DNA from: Oligoflexus sp.
Lineage (GTDB): Bacteria; Bdellovibrionota_B; Oligoflexia; Oligoflexales; Oligoflexaceae
Reading direction: 5' to 3'
DNA length: 36,007 nt
NCBI GenBank assembly: GCA_041736305.1
Contig: JBGSTX010000008.1
Coordinates: 1 to 36,007 of the forward strand
Shown here: in pieces, positions 1 to 9,681 of the stretch
How positions within the stretch are numbered: the first letter of the stretch is position 1
Layout: each line of letters starts with the position of its first letter
Program-made: the position numbers and the translations under genes
Notes under the pieces: model-generated
The model's database searches: none
The model's input: only the letters and a program-made list of their open reading frames with translations
What the model was told of the DNA's origin: nothing

Positions 1-876
1 CGGATTTTGCTCTATCGGGAAGGCAATGATTGCGCGAATATGAGCTTGATTAACGATGTAGTTTTCCACGAGTGGGGCCATGCTCTCGATGATCATACTG
101 GTCTAAAGGGAGGTATCGCCGACTATGCTTTCTCAGAGGGAATCGCCGATACTCTCGCTGCTTTTCACAACGATGATCCAGATATTGCTCCGGGCTTCTT
201 CTTCAATGACCCGACTCCTGTACGGTCTATTTTAAACACGCGGCGCTATCCTCGCGATCAAAGTCCTACGACTCATTTTGAAGGCGGTATAATCTCGGGA
301 GCATTCTGGGATCTCCGTCTGAGTCTAGTCGAGCGTTATGGAAAGCGCCGCGGCTCCTACTATGCCGCTTATCTCTTTATGAGACACCTGCTAACTGTCG
401 ACAGCTATGTCGACAGCTATGCGGCCGTGTTGCGACTTGATGATGATGACGGAAAGGCGGAAACGCCGAGCCCGAATTCATGCCTCATTCAAAAGGCCTT
501 TGCCCTCCATGGACTCGCGCCTGAAAGCCCGTGTGCCGACGCCGTAGCAAGCGTGCCTGCTGCGAGCAAGGCGGTAGTTGACGAAGATCTCACTCTGGCC
601 CTTTGGGAAATAGGCGAGACTGAAGACAGTGTACGACTCGTAGCGTCGAGCTTAGCCGGCGAGCAGCTTGCATACTGCTGGGGTGAGTCTGCGAGCTGCA
701 TGAAGAATCCAGCGGCCCGCGTTGCTCTCGATCTGCTATCTAAGCAAGCTCAACGGAGGTTTTTTGCTAGCAACCTTTTGCAATTGCCGTCCGAGCTGCA
801 GACTTTGACTCTACTTCGCCTCGATGGGAAAGGTGAGATCCTAGGGTCTCGTGCCTTTGTCATACACGCCAAGTAG
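1..876 (+). CDS. Zinc metallopeptidase (M36 fungalysin/M4-like), C-terminal part; gene runs off the 5' edge
   Basis: Frame is open from base 1. HExxH motif VVFHEWGH, downstream FSEGIAD (third zinc ligand Glu), and a H-x-x-G-x-I-x-S-G-A-F-W-D motif typical of gluzincins. Confidence 0.8.
   Translation, partial: RILLYREGNDCANMSLINDVVFHEWGHALDDHTGLKGGIADYAFSEGIADTLAAFHNDDPDIAPGFFFNDPTPVRSILNTRRYPRDQSPTTHFEGGIISGAFWDLRLSLVERYGKRRGSYYAAYLFMRHLLTVDSYVDSYAAVLRLDDDDGKAETPSPNSCLIQKAFALHGLAPESPCADAVASVPAASKAVVDEDLTLALWEIGETEDSVRLVASSLAGEQLAYCWGESASCMKNPAARVALDLLSKQAQRRFFASNLLQLPSELQTLTLLRLDGKGEILGSRAFVIHAK
396..421. repeat. Perfect 12-bp tandem duplication (TGTCGACAGCTA x2) encoding VDSY-VDSY
   Basis: Read directly from the sequence. 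Confidence 0.9.
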
Positions 877-895
877 ACATATAATGCATCGCAGT

Positions 896-922
896 GGATA
901 TCCATAAATAATTATGGTATCC
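896..922. promoter_or_regulatory. Inverted repeat GGATA-t-CCATAA-N4-TTATGG-TATCC (operator or hairpin)
   Basis: Dyad in the AT-rich gap upstream of the 122-aa gene; no U-tract follows. Confidence 0.35.
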
Positions 923-1009
923 CTAGCAGGTCTTCGCAAAACGAGCGAAACTGCGTTACATTACGTGGCAATCACATATAGTCCCTTATTTGACGGGAGC
1001 AGATAGAAG

Positions 1010-1378
1010 ATGAGTGAGTTGGCAAAAGAAACCAAGAAAAAGCCGAAGGTCGGACCCGAAGGAAGCCTCGAAGAGGGAGGCGAACTCCAAGAGGGGCGTG
1101 CTGGAGCGCAGGCGGCAGCAGGTCGTAAAATCCGTCTGAATTTGCTCGAAGATGAAGGCAGCCCCCTCTTTCACTTTCAAAATGCTTTGAAAGAGCGCGG
1201 CATCAAAAATATTGAGCTGAGTGATCTTATCGCCGAAGCGCTCGGCACGGTTCCTCAGGAGTGGTGGGATGCGAAACTTGAGGAACTGACCCCACTCGAG
1301 TGGAAGCTCCATGCTGCTCTCGAGAATCCTGAGATGCGCGCGAAACTCATGTCGCTCCTAGACGCCAAAAAATCCTAA
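1010..1378 (+). CDS. Hypothetical protein, possibly ribbon-helix-helix DNA-binding
   Basis: GGGAG RBS upstream. KIRLNLL strand, helix, RG turn, then LSDLIAEAL helix resembles an RHH fold. Confidence 0.75.
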   Translation: MSELAKETKKKPKVGPEGSLEEGGELQEGRAGAQAAAGRKIRLNLLEDEGSPLFHFQNALKERGIKNIELSDLIAEALGTVPQEWWDAKLEELTPLEWKLHAALENPEMRAKLMSLLDAKKS

Positions 1379-1389
1379 TCCTTTGGTCT

Positions 1390-1427
1390 CGGGCCCGAGC
1401 GATGTCCTCGGGGGCCCGGACTTTGTT
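1390..1427 (+). terminator. Probable intrinsic terminator
   Basis: CGGGCCC-GAG ... CTC-gg-GGGCCCG stem followed by CTTTGTT. Confidence 0.45.
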
Positions 1428-1449
1428 CGTTCTCGACTAATTGGCTTGT

Positions 1450-1478
1450 TTCAGAGCGGTCCTTGCTTCTGATAGAAT
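1450..1478 (+). promoter_or_regulatory. Putative sigma70 promoter of glnS (extended -10)
   Basis: TTCAGA-N17-TAGAAT with TGn immediately before the -10. Confidence 0.4.
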
Positions 1479-1564
1479 CATCTGTTTTTCGGACGGCAGA
1501 ACTGGTCTGTCAGGCGATGCAACTAGCACGCAACGGCAAAGTAGCGATTGAGGGCGTTTTTACC

Positions 1565-3250
1565 ATGAGCGAAACTGACAAAGGCTTGGCATCTAACTTC
1601 ATCCGAGCCATCATCAACGAAGACATCAAGAACCACAAGAATAATAGCCAGGTCGTGGTCCGCTTTCCTCCGGAGCCCAACGGCTACCTGCATATCGGTC
1701 ATGCGAAGTCGATTTGCTTCAATTTTGGCTTGGCGCAGGAATACCCTGGGGGTATTTGCTATCTCCGTTTTGACGACACCAACCCGCTGAAAGAAGATAC
1801 CGAATATGAAGATGCCATCAAGCGCGACGTCAAGTGGCTCGGTTTTGATTGGGGTCAGAAACTGACCCATGCTTCCGATTTTTACGAAATCTTCTATCAA
1901 AAGGCCATCCTCCTTATCCAAAAAGGCCTGGCCTATGTTTGTAGTCTCAACGCCGAAGAAGTAAGAGCTTACCGAGGCACCCTCACCGAGCCCGGCCGCG
2001 AGAGCCCTAGCCGCAATCGTAGCGTCGCGGAGAACCTCGATCTGTTTCGCAGAATGCGAGAAGGAGAGTTTCCAGACGGTGCTTATACCTTGCGCGCGAA
2101 GATCGATATGAATTCCGGAAATATCAACCTGCGTGATCCGGCGATCTATCGGATTCGTAGGACTTCGCACCACAGGACTGGGGATACTTGGTGCATCTAT
2201 CCTATGTATGACTATGCGCATCCTTTGAACGATGCGATCGAGGGAATAACGCACTCGATCTGCACTCTGGAATTTCAGGATCACCGTCCGCTCTACGATT
2301 GGTTTGTGAGCAACTGCGAAATGGAAAACAGTCCGCAGCAGATCGAGTTCGCGCGCCTCAACGTGAACTATACGGTCACCAGCAAACGCAAGTTGAAAAA
2401 ATTGGTCGATGCTCGATTCGTTGAGAGCTGGGATGATCCCCGCATGCCTACGGTCTGTGGTTTGCGCCGACGCGGCTATACCCCTGAATCGATCCGCAAC
2501 TTCTGCGAGCGTATCGGGATCTCGAAGAAAGAAACCATCATCGACATGAGCATACTCGAAGAGGAGGTGCGCAATGACCTCAACGAGCGCGCTTTGCGCA
2601 GCATGGCCGTGCTCGATCCCATCAAACTCGTTATCAGCAATTATCCAGCTGATGGAGAAGAGTGGTTTGAGATCGCGCTTCATCCGCAAAAACCCGAGCT
2701 GGGTCAGCGGAAGATTCCATTTAGTCGTGAAGTTTACGTGGAGCGCGACGATTTTATGGAAGTTCCCTCGAAAGGCTTTCATCGTCTCAGTCCCGGAAAA
2801 GAAGTGCGTTTGCGCTATGCCTACGTGGTTCGTTGCGATGAGGTCGTGAAAGACGCTGCAGGTCGCATTACGGAATTGCGCTGCACCTACGATCCTGAGA
2901 CAGCTCATGGCAAAAATCCTGCTGACGGGCGTAAGGTGAAGGGGATTATTCATTGGGTTGATGCGCGCCATGCACTCGATGCCGAAGTTCGACTCTACGA
3001 TAGGCTATTCAAAGTGGCTAATCCTGGAGCTCTCGACGATGAGAGTTTTATTACGGCCCTCAATGAGGCATCCCTCCAGACCGTAAAAAATGCCAAGATC
3101 GACGCTTATTTGGCTAGTGCAGCACCCGAAACCCGTTTTCAGTTTGAGCGCCTCGGATATTTCTGTGCTGACAAGGATCTGCACAAGCCGCAGCAGCCTG
3201 TCTTCAATCGGACGGTGACACTGCGAGACACCTGGGCTCAGTCGAATTGA
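1565..3250 (+). CDS. glnS: Glutamine--tRNA ligase
   Basis: [54 protein letters not shown] and FQFERLGYF motifs. ATG 1565 with GAGGG RBS preferred over the longer TTG ORF. Confidence 0.98.
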   Translation: MSETDKGLASNFIRAIINEDIKNHKNNSQVVVRFPPEPNGYLHIGHAKSICFNFGLAQEYPGGICYLRFDDTNPLKEDTEYEDAIKRDVKWLGFDWGQKLTHASDFYEIFYQKAILLIQKGLAYVCSLNAEEVRAYRGTLTEPGRESPSRNRSVAENLDLFRRMREGEFPDGAYTLRAKIDMNSGNINLRDPAIYRIRRTSHHRTGDTWCIYPMYDYAHPLNDAIEGITHSICTLEFQDHRPLYDWFVSNCEMENSPQQIEFARLNVNYTVTSKRKLKKLVDARFVESWDDPRMPTVCGLRRRGYTPESIRNFCERIGISKKETIIDMSILEEEVRNDLNERALRSMAVLDPIKLVISNYPADGEEWFEIALHPQKPELGQRKIPFSREVYVERDDFMEVPSKGFHRLSPGKEVRLRYAYVVRCDEVVKDAAGRITELRCTYDPETAHGKNPADGRKVKGIIHWVDARHALDAEVRLYDRLFKVANPGALDDESFITALNEASLQTVKNAKIDAYLASAAPETRFQFERLGYFCADKDLHKPQQPVFNRTVTLRDTWAQSN

Positions 3251-3256
3251 ACGATC

Positions 3257-3287
3257 GAGGCGTCTGCCTGTGGGCGCCTCCGCTTTT
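3257..3287. terminator. Terminator hairpin between convergent glnS and protease genes
   Basis: GAGGCGTC ... GGCGCCTC stem followed by CGCTTTT. Confidence 0.6.
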
Positions 3288-3297
3288 ACACGTCTAA

Positions 3298-4284
3298 TTA
3301 GAAATTCAAAATTTGGTTTTGACTACAGTAGACCTCGCTACCGTCGTCTTCAAATCCACTCAGCGGTGCTTCTAATGCTTGAAAGCCACAGTTGAGCCAT
3401 CCTCTATACTTACTCAAATTCATCACTGTTTCACCGCCTCTGTCACAGGTACCATCTCCTTCGCGTGGGGGACCATGCGTAACGCCAACTACGCGAAGAC
3501 ATTTGGTCTGGGGCTGTACGATAAAGGTAGGGCCACCAGAGTCGCCATAGCAGCCACCCTTCTCAGTGTTACGAGTAAGCTGGATCTCAGCCCAGGGTTC
3601 TATGAGTTGCTCTACTTCGGTTTTGACCCAAGTCAACGGCCGACGCTGCGTATCGTTTTCAAAATAGCGGCCATACCCGGCTAGAACAACTTCCCTTCCT
3701 AGGTTGAGCTCCTGGGGAAAACCAACCGCAACCGCTTGGAATGGAGCTTCCACGTCTGCCTTCAATACTACAAGTGCGATATCGAATAACTGGCCTTCTT
3801 TCGAGGCCGATCGGCCGAATGCAGGGTGAGCTATAATACTTGCGATTTCGGCCTCAAAATCAGGCTTATCGCGGTTGAGGCCAAAGCGAGCCTTGGGTTT
3901 GATTTCTACATTGTCCAAAATATTTTTAACGCAGTGAGCTGCTGTGACGAGCTGTCTTGGGCCTATAAGCGTCGCTGTGCATCCCGCAGGATAAATATGA
4001 GCTGTAGAGAAATAAGTCAGATCGCCTAATGAGGCGGCTCGTCCACCTACGATACCGAAACCAGGTAATGCTGAGCAGCTCTCCCCAGTTGAGCCGTCAT
4101 CGAAAGGAAGCCCAACTCCATCATAAAATGCTTCGGATTTTTCCTCGCGCTCAAGAAAGTCTTCCGATAAGGGACCAGCATGAGTCGTCAAATCTCAATT
4201 TTTTGTGCAAGAACAAAGGCTTACCATGATGAGAATTGCACCCATTAGGAAAAATTTAGACTTGTTACGATCCGGAGCACGCAT
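3298..4284 (-). CDS. Trypsin-like (S1) serine protease lipoprotein, interrupted by one in-frame TGA at 4195-4197
   Basis: IVGG mature N-terminus and TAAHC, DIAL and GDSGGP catalytic triad motifs. The same frame upstream of the 4191 TTG reads MRAPDRNKSKFFLMGAILIMVSLCSCTKN*DLTT, a lipoprotein-type signal peptide. Confidence 0.85.
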
Positions 4285-4328
4285 CTTCGTTCTCTATGCT
4301 GCGTAGTTAAAATGCTTACGATTTAACT

Positions 4329-4346
4329 ATGCAAAGCTCATTCCAG
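4329..4346 (-). promoter_or_regulatory. Putative sigma54 (-24/-12) promoter for the protease gene
   Basis: Minus strand reads CTGGAATGAGCTTTGCAT (GG-N10-GC), about 45 nt upstream of ATG 4284. Confidence 0.6.
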
Positions 4347-5076
4347 GCAGGAACGGGCAAAATAGCTGGAGTTTTTCTGCACCCAGCTGCTCGAAGGATC
4401 GCTGGTGTCAATAAATACGGCTCCATTAGCGTCGTAATCCTACCTTTCTGTTGGTCATCACGGACAGCCCGCCAGGAACTTGTAAAATTACAAAACGAAA
4501 GATTGCTGCGGCTCTATTTTTCGCTGTGATTTGCATAAAACCACATAAAAAATACTAAAATGCATTGTATGTGGATTCTATCGCATTTATCTTCAGCGTA
4601 CAGTCGCATCAATAACCAAAAAACAGCAGAACTTGACCCCTTGGCTTTAGAAATATTGAAGAGACAGAACTTAAAAACAAAGCTTGAGTTACCTATCTGT
4701 AGCGCGAGCACACAGCTAGGTCATACTTTGCCTCTTAGAAGGGATAAAGAGGTTGCGACGCCGAAAATGTTCTGGTTATACTCCGCTCCGAAGCCAGCAG
4801 ACCTAAAAAAAATTATGCGTTCTTATTGAATACTAAGGAAAGCGGATGAAATGGACCTGCCCAGCGCTAGCTCAAGATGAACTCCGCAGGAGGGAATTGA
4901 AGCGCTGCGTAAAGGATCTAATTTTGCTTCTGCTCTCTCAAGATGTTTTCTTAAGAGCGCGTTCGATCTTCAGGCTGAGCATACTGCGCTTCAGCAAACC
5001 CCTACCTGGCTAGGTTATTCTGCCCGTCAGCCCGAGTCGCATTCCGCCGATTTACTGCAGTCAGGGAGCTTGATTC

Positions 5077-8000
5077 ATGACGCACTCACATTTCGATAAA
5101 GCCAGTCTCGATGATCCACGCTTACTGCAGCGAGACGCCTGCGGCGTGGGATTCATCGCCAGTATTCGAGGCGAAGCTAGTCATAAATTGGTTCAGGATG
5201 GTTTGGAGATTCTGCGGCGACTCGATCATCGAGGCGGTCGAGCTGCCGACAATCAGACGAGCGATGGAGCGGGGCTCCTCACGCAGATTCCACGGCCGCT
5301 TTTTGAAAGATTTGCAGCCGAAGTCGGAGTCGAGCTCCCACCAGCCGGGGCCTATGCGGTAGGAATGGTTTTTTTGCCGCAAAAACCTGATGAAAAGGCC
5401 TACTGGCTCGGCGAGATAAAGGCTGCGGCCGAGCGCTTTCAACTCATTGAACTGCTCAGTCGCGTGGTGCCGGTCGATAGCTCGGTCCTTGGGCCAATCG
5501 CCCGAGCTTGTGAGCCAGCTGCGCATCAGATCGTGTTAGCGCAAGCGAAGCAAGGGAAAGAAGAGGTCTCCTTTAGCTGGCGTCTTCTGCTGCTGCGCAA
5601 GGCTCTAGAAGAGACAGCGCGACAGCGCTATGGGCTCAAGCAGCAAGAATTTTATGTGGCAAGCCTTTCGACAGATTCTATCTGCTATAAAGGTCTGATT
5701 CTTTCCGTAGCGCTTCCTCGCTATTATCTTGATTTGCAGAACCCTCTTTTCACCTCGGCTTTTGCCATGGTGCATCAACGCTTTAGTACGAACACGCTCC
5801 CAGCGTGGCCCCTAGCGCAGCCCTTCCGTAGTATCTGCCACAATGGTGAGATCAATACGCTGCGAGGCAATCTCAATGCCATGCATGCGCGCAGTCGTCT
5901 CTTCACAAGCGCAGCGAGCAACTGGGACGAGGAGAAGAAAAAAGAACTGAGCGAGATGGGGCCCATATGCGCACCGGCAGGTAGCGATTCCGCTATGCTC
6001 GATAATACAGTTGAATTCTTGCTCGAGACCGGACGCCCGCTGACTCAGGTTCTCAGCATGCTGATCCCGGAACCTTGGGAACAGCATGAGGCAATGGATC
6101 CGGGGCTCAGAGCCTACTATGAATATCATTCCTATCGGATGGAACCTTGGGATGGTCCGGCATTTATAGGCTTCTGTCATGGTCAAAAAGTGGGTGCTAT
6201 CCTCGATAGAAATGGCCTCCGCCCAGGTCGCTACTGGTTGACCGAAGATGGTTTAGTGATAATGGCTTCCGAAGCTGGAGTATTGGATCGGCGGCCCGAA
6301 GAGATCATGCAGAAAGGTCGTCTGTCACCCGGTCGTATCTTTCTTGTGGATATGGAGAAGGGAGAAATCGTCCCGGATCAGGTGATCAAAGAAGAATTAG
6401 CAGAACAGCATGATTATAGCGCCTGGCTCGCCACTCATCGACACCATCTCCAGGATCTCCCCCCGTTGGTTCCTGGTGAATTTCAGGATGAAGATAAGCT
6501 CGACCTGGATAAGGCTTTGCTGGCTTTTGGCTACAGCAAGGAAGACTTGCGGCTGATTCTGGCGCCGATGGCCAACGATGGCAAAGAAGCTCTAGGGTCT
6601 ATGGGAAATGATACGCCTATCGCCATCCTTTCCCAGCAGCGGCCTCTGCTCTATAACTATTTCAAGCAGCTTTTTGCGCAGGTCACCAACCCACCGATCG
6701 ACGCGATCCGGGAAGAACTCGTAACTTCACTCGAGACTCACCTAGGTGCCGAGACCAACCTACTCTGTATTCAGCCAGGCGAGGATCATGTCCTTCGGCT
6801 CAAGCAGCCTATTCTCACTGATGCAGAACTCCTAAGGATAGAATTTTACGAAGCACCCGGACTCAGCTCGCGCAAGATTAAAACTCTCTACCGACCGCTT
6901 CAGGAAACTCTTGAAGTCGGGCTTGAGCGGATCACGGCAGCAGCCGTCGAAGCTGTTAGAGGCGGTGCAACAATACTGCTGCTTTCCGATCGTGGCTTCA
7001 GCCAGGAGCTGGCGCCGATACCTGCTTTGCTCAGCACTGCAGCGGTCCATCATCGCCTCATCGACGCCGGCTGCCGCACGCGCTGCAGTCTCATTGTCGA
7101 AAGCGGCGAACCTCGCGAAGTTCATCATTTTGCTCTGCTGATTGGCTACGGGGCTTCAGCGATCAACCCTTACATTGCGCTAGCGGCTATTGCCCGTCGT
7201 GAAGAGCGATACGGATTTAAGCAAGATAAGGCGCTCAGTGCTCTCTTCAGCTCCTATATCAAAGCCATCGGTGAAGGCCTCTTGAAGGTGATGTCGAAGA
7301 TGGGCATCTCTACGGTCCAATCCTATCGAGGTTCACAGATATTTGAAGCTTTAGGTCTCAGCCGTAGCTTTATCGATCGCTACTTCTGTTGGACGCCAAC
7401 TCGGATCGAAGGGCTCGATATCTACGACGTCGATGCGGATGTACGCCATCGGCAAGAATTAGCCTTTGGGGATGTGGAGCAACGAACCTTTAGCCCCTTG
7501 CCGGAGGGAGGTTTCTACAGCTGGCGGCGCGAGGGCGAGCGGCACCTGCATAGCCCGCAGATGATTGCGGGCCTGCAAAGAGCCACGCGCATCAACAGCC
7601 GCGAGGAGTTTAAGGTCTTTTGCGCTACCCTCGATCGCGAAGCGCGAGAAGCCCTGAACATCCGAGGCCTACTCCGCATTCGCCAGGATCAAGAGCCAAT
7701 CCCTCTCGATGAAGTCGAAGCAGCGAGTTCTATCGTCAAGCGCTTCGCGACGGGAGCCATGAGTTTTGGTTCGATATCGAAGGAAGCTCACGAGACTCTG
7801 GCCGTAGCCATGAATAGGATAGGGGCCAAGAGCAACTCGGGCGAAGGGGGCGAAGATGAACTTCGTTTCAAACCCTCGGCCAATGGTGATCTGAAACGCA
7901 GTTCTATCAAACAGGTTGCAAGCGCGCGCTTCGGAGTGACCAGTCATTATCTTATCAATGCCGACGAACTGCAAATCAAGATGGCTCAGGGGGCAAAACC

Positions 8001-9681
8001 TGGTGAAGGAGGTCAGCTTCCTGGCCACAAGGTAGATGAGGAGATTGCGCGCGTCCGCCATAGCACGCCTGGCATTACCTTGATTTCGCCGCCGCCGCAC
8101 CACGATATCTATTCGATTGAAGATCTTGCGCAGCTGATCTTTGATCTTAAAAACGCTAATCCGCAAGCTCGCGTCAGTGTGAAGCTCGTTTCCGAGATGG
8201 GGGTTGGTACCGTGGCTGCTGGGGTGGCAAAGGCCAAGGCAGATGCGATACTTATTTCGGGCTACGAAGGTGGGACAGGGGCAAGCCCCTTGTCTTCGAT
8301 CAAACACGCTGGCCTGCCTTGGGAACTCGGTTTAGTTGAAGCTCATAAAATGCTCAGCGAGAACAGGCTGCGATCGCGTACCGTCCTGCAGGTAGACGGT
8401 CAGCTGCGCACTCCGCGCGATATTGCAATCGCGACCATGCTGGGAGCGGAAGAATGGGGCATTGGCACGGGTGCGCTCATCGTGCTCGGCTGTATTATGA
8501 TGCGTAAGTGTCATCTGAATACATGCCCCGTCGGAGTCGCGACCCAGGACCCTGAACTTCGCCGCAAGTTCCAGGGCCAACCTGAACATTTGATCAACTA
8601 CTTCTTTCTCCTCGCCGAAGGACTGCGCGAGATCATGGCCTCGCTAGGTTTTCGTCGGGTCGTTGATATGGTGGGGAGAGTCGATCTCCTTGAGAAAGAT
8701 GCGAGCATCAGTGGCAGTCGCGTTGCAAAAGTCGATCTCAGCTGCATTCTGACTCCACCACAAATAAGCGGGTCCGCACAACTTGAGACGCAGGATCACG
8801 AGCTCGCTGCAACCCTCGATGCCCAGCGTCTCATTCCCGCCTGCGCTACGGCCCTTGCGGGGCGAAATCCCGTTCGTATCGAATTGCCTATCCGCAATAC
8901 CGATCGTGCAGTCGGGACAATGCTCTCTTCTGAGATCTCTCGTCTTTGGGGAGCGCAGGGGCTACAGAAGGGCGAGATTCAGCTCTTCTTCCGCGGTGCA
9001 GCGGGGCAGAGCTTCATGGCTTTTGGTGCCAAAGGCATCGTAGCCACGATCGAAGGTGAGGTGAATGATTACTGCGGCAAGGGATTGTCGGGCGCGCAGA
9101 TCGTCGTTATGCCGCCCGAAGAAAGTCCATTTTTGCCGGAAAATAACGTGATTTGCGGCAATGTGAGTCTCTATGGTGCGACTTCGGGCTCGCTCTATGT
9201 ACGAGGTTTGGCCGGTGAACGTTTTGCGGTAAGAAACAGTGGGGCTCATGCTGTCGTCGAAGGAGTGGGCGATCATGCCTGTGAATACATGACGGGCGGT
9301 AGCGTCATCGTCCTCGGTCAGGTAGGACGCAATTTTGCGGCGGGAATGAGCGGAGGCTACGCCTATATCTATGATGCTGACGGTAGTGCAGCTGCCCACA
9401 TCAACGGCGAGTTGGTGAAAGTTGAAGGGCTCAGCGACGAAGACGATATCGCTTTTATCGTTCAACAGCTCCGGGAGCATAAGCAGCTGACGCGGAGTCG
9501 GGTCGCGGCCTACATTCTCGATCACTGGAGCCGGGAACAAGCGCGCTTTCTGGCCGTTATCCCCACGGCGTATCGAACAATGATGCGTCAGCGAAAAGAA
9601 CAATGGCTCGAACAGTCTGTGCGTGCGGTGGCTATCGATAGCCGCGAGGCGCTGCTGCAGCAGGGAGGTTTTCATGGGTGA
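5077..9681 (+). CDS. gltB: Glutamate synthase large subunit
   Basis: DACGVGF (Ntn catalytic Cys), HQRFSTNT, HNGEINT, EPWDGPA, KMAQGAKPGEGGQLPG, CIMMRKCHLNTCPVGVATQ (3Fe-4S) and a GXGXG C-terminal domain. Confidence 0.99.
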   Translation: MTHSHFDKASLDDPRLLQRDACGVGFIASIRGEASHKLVQDGLEILRRLDHRGGRAADNQTSDGAGLLTQIPRPLFERFAAEVGVELPPAGAYAVGMVFLPQKPDEKAYWLGEIKAAAERFQLIELLSRVVPVDSSVLGPIARACEPAAHQIVLAQAKQGKEEVSFSWRLLLLRKALEETARQRYGLKQQEFYVASLSTDSICYKGLILSVALPRYYLDLQNPLFTSAFAMVHQRFSTNTLPAWPLAQPFRSICHNGEINTLRGNLNAMHARSRLFTSAASNWDEEKKKELSEMGPICAPAGSDSAMLDNTVEFLLETGRPLTQVLSMLIPEPWEQHEAMDPGLRAYYEYHSYRMEPWDGPAFIGFCHGQKVGAILDRNGLRPGRYWLTEDGLVIMASEAGVLDRRPEEIMQKGRLSPGRIFLVDMEKGEIVPDQVIKEELAEQHDYSAWLATHRHHLQDLPPLVPGEFQDEDKLDLDKALLAFGYSKEDLRLILAPMANDGKEALGSMGNDTPIAILSQQRPLLYNYFKQLFAQVTNPPIDAIREELVTSLETHLGAETNLLCIQPGEDHVLRLKQPILTDAELLRIEFYEAPGLSSRKIKTLYRPLQETLEVGLERITAAAVEAVRGGATILLLSDRGFSQELAPIPALLSTAAVHHRLIDAGCRTRCSLIVESGEPREVHHFALLIGYGASAINPYIALAAIARREERYGFKQDKALSALFSSYIKAIGEGLLKVMSKMGISTVQSYRGSQIFEALGLSRSFIDRYFCWTPTRIEGLDIYDVDADVRHRQELAFGDVEQRTFSPLPEGGFYSWRREGERHLHSPQMIAGLQRATRINSREEFKVFCATLDREAREALNIRGLLRIRQDQEPIPLDEVEAASSIVKRFATGAMSFGSISKEAHETLAVAMNRIGAKSNSGEGGEDELRFKPSANGDLKRSSIKQVASARFGVTSHYLINADELQIKMAQGAKPGEGGQLPGHKVDEEIARVRHSTPGITLISPPPHHDIYSIEDLAQLIFDLKNANPQARVSVKLVSEMGVGTVAAGVAKAKADAILISGYEGGTGASPLSSIKHAGLPWELGLVEAHKMLSENRLRSRTVLQVDGQLRTPRDIAIATMLGAEEWGIGTGALIVLGCIMMRKCHLNTCPVGVATQDPELRRKFQGQPEHLINYFFLLAEGLREIMASLGFRRVVDMVGRVDLLEKDASISGSRVAKVDLSCILTPPQISGSAQLETQDHELAATLDAQRLIPACATALAGRNPVRIELPIRNTDRAVGTMLSSEISRLWGAQGLQKGEIQLFFRGAAGQSFMAFGAKGIVATIEGEVNDYCGKGLSGAQIVVMPPEESPFLPENNVICGNVSLYGATSGSLYVRGLAGERFAVRNSGAHAVVEGVGDHACEYMTGGSVIVLGQVGRNFAAGMSGGYAYIYDADGSAAAHINGELVKVEGLSDEDDIAFIVQQLREHKQLTRSRVAAYILDHWSREQARFLAVIPTAYRTMMRQRKEQWLEQSVRAVAIDSREALLQQGGFHG

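Noticed and set aside
896-922. dif site
   Set aside because: The spacer between ATAA and TTAT is 4 bp rather than 6, and the XerD arm does not match.
1523-2971. 482-aa ORF antisense to glnS, and similar shadows over gltB, gltD, aceAB, hflX and clpA
   Set aside because: They lie wholly opposite well-supported conserved genes and have no motifs; typical codon-bias shadow ORFs.
4560-5013. 89-aa ORF (4560-4829) and a following 55-aa ORF upstream of gltB
   Set aside because: No convincing RBS or motif, in an AT-rich divergent promoter region.
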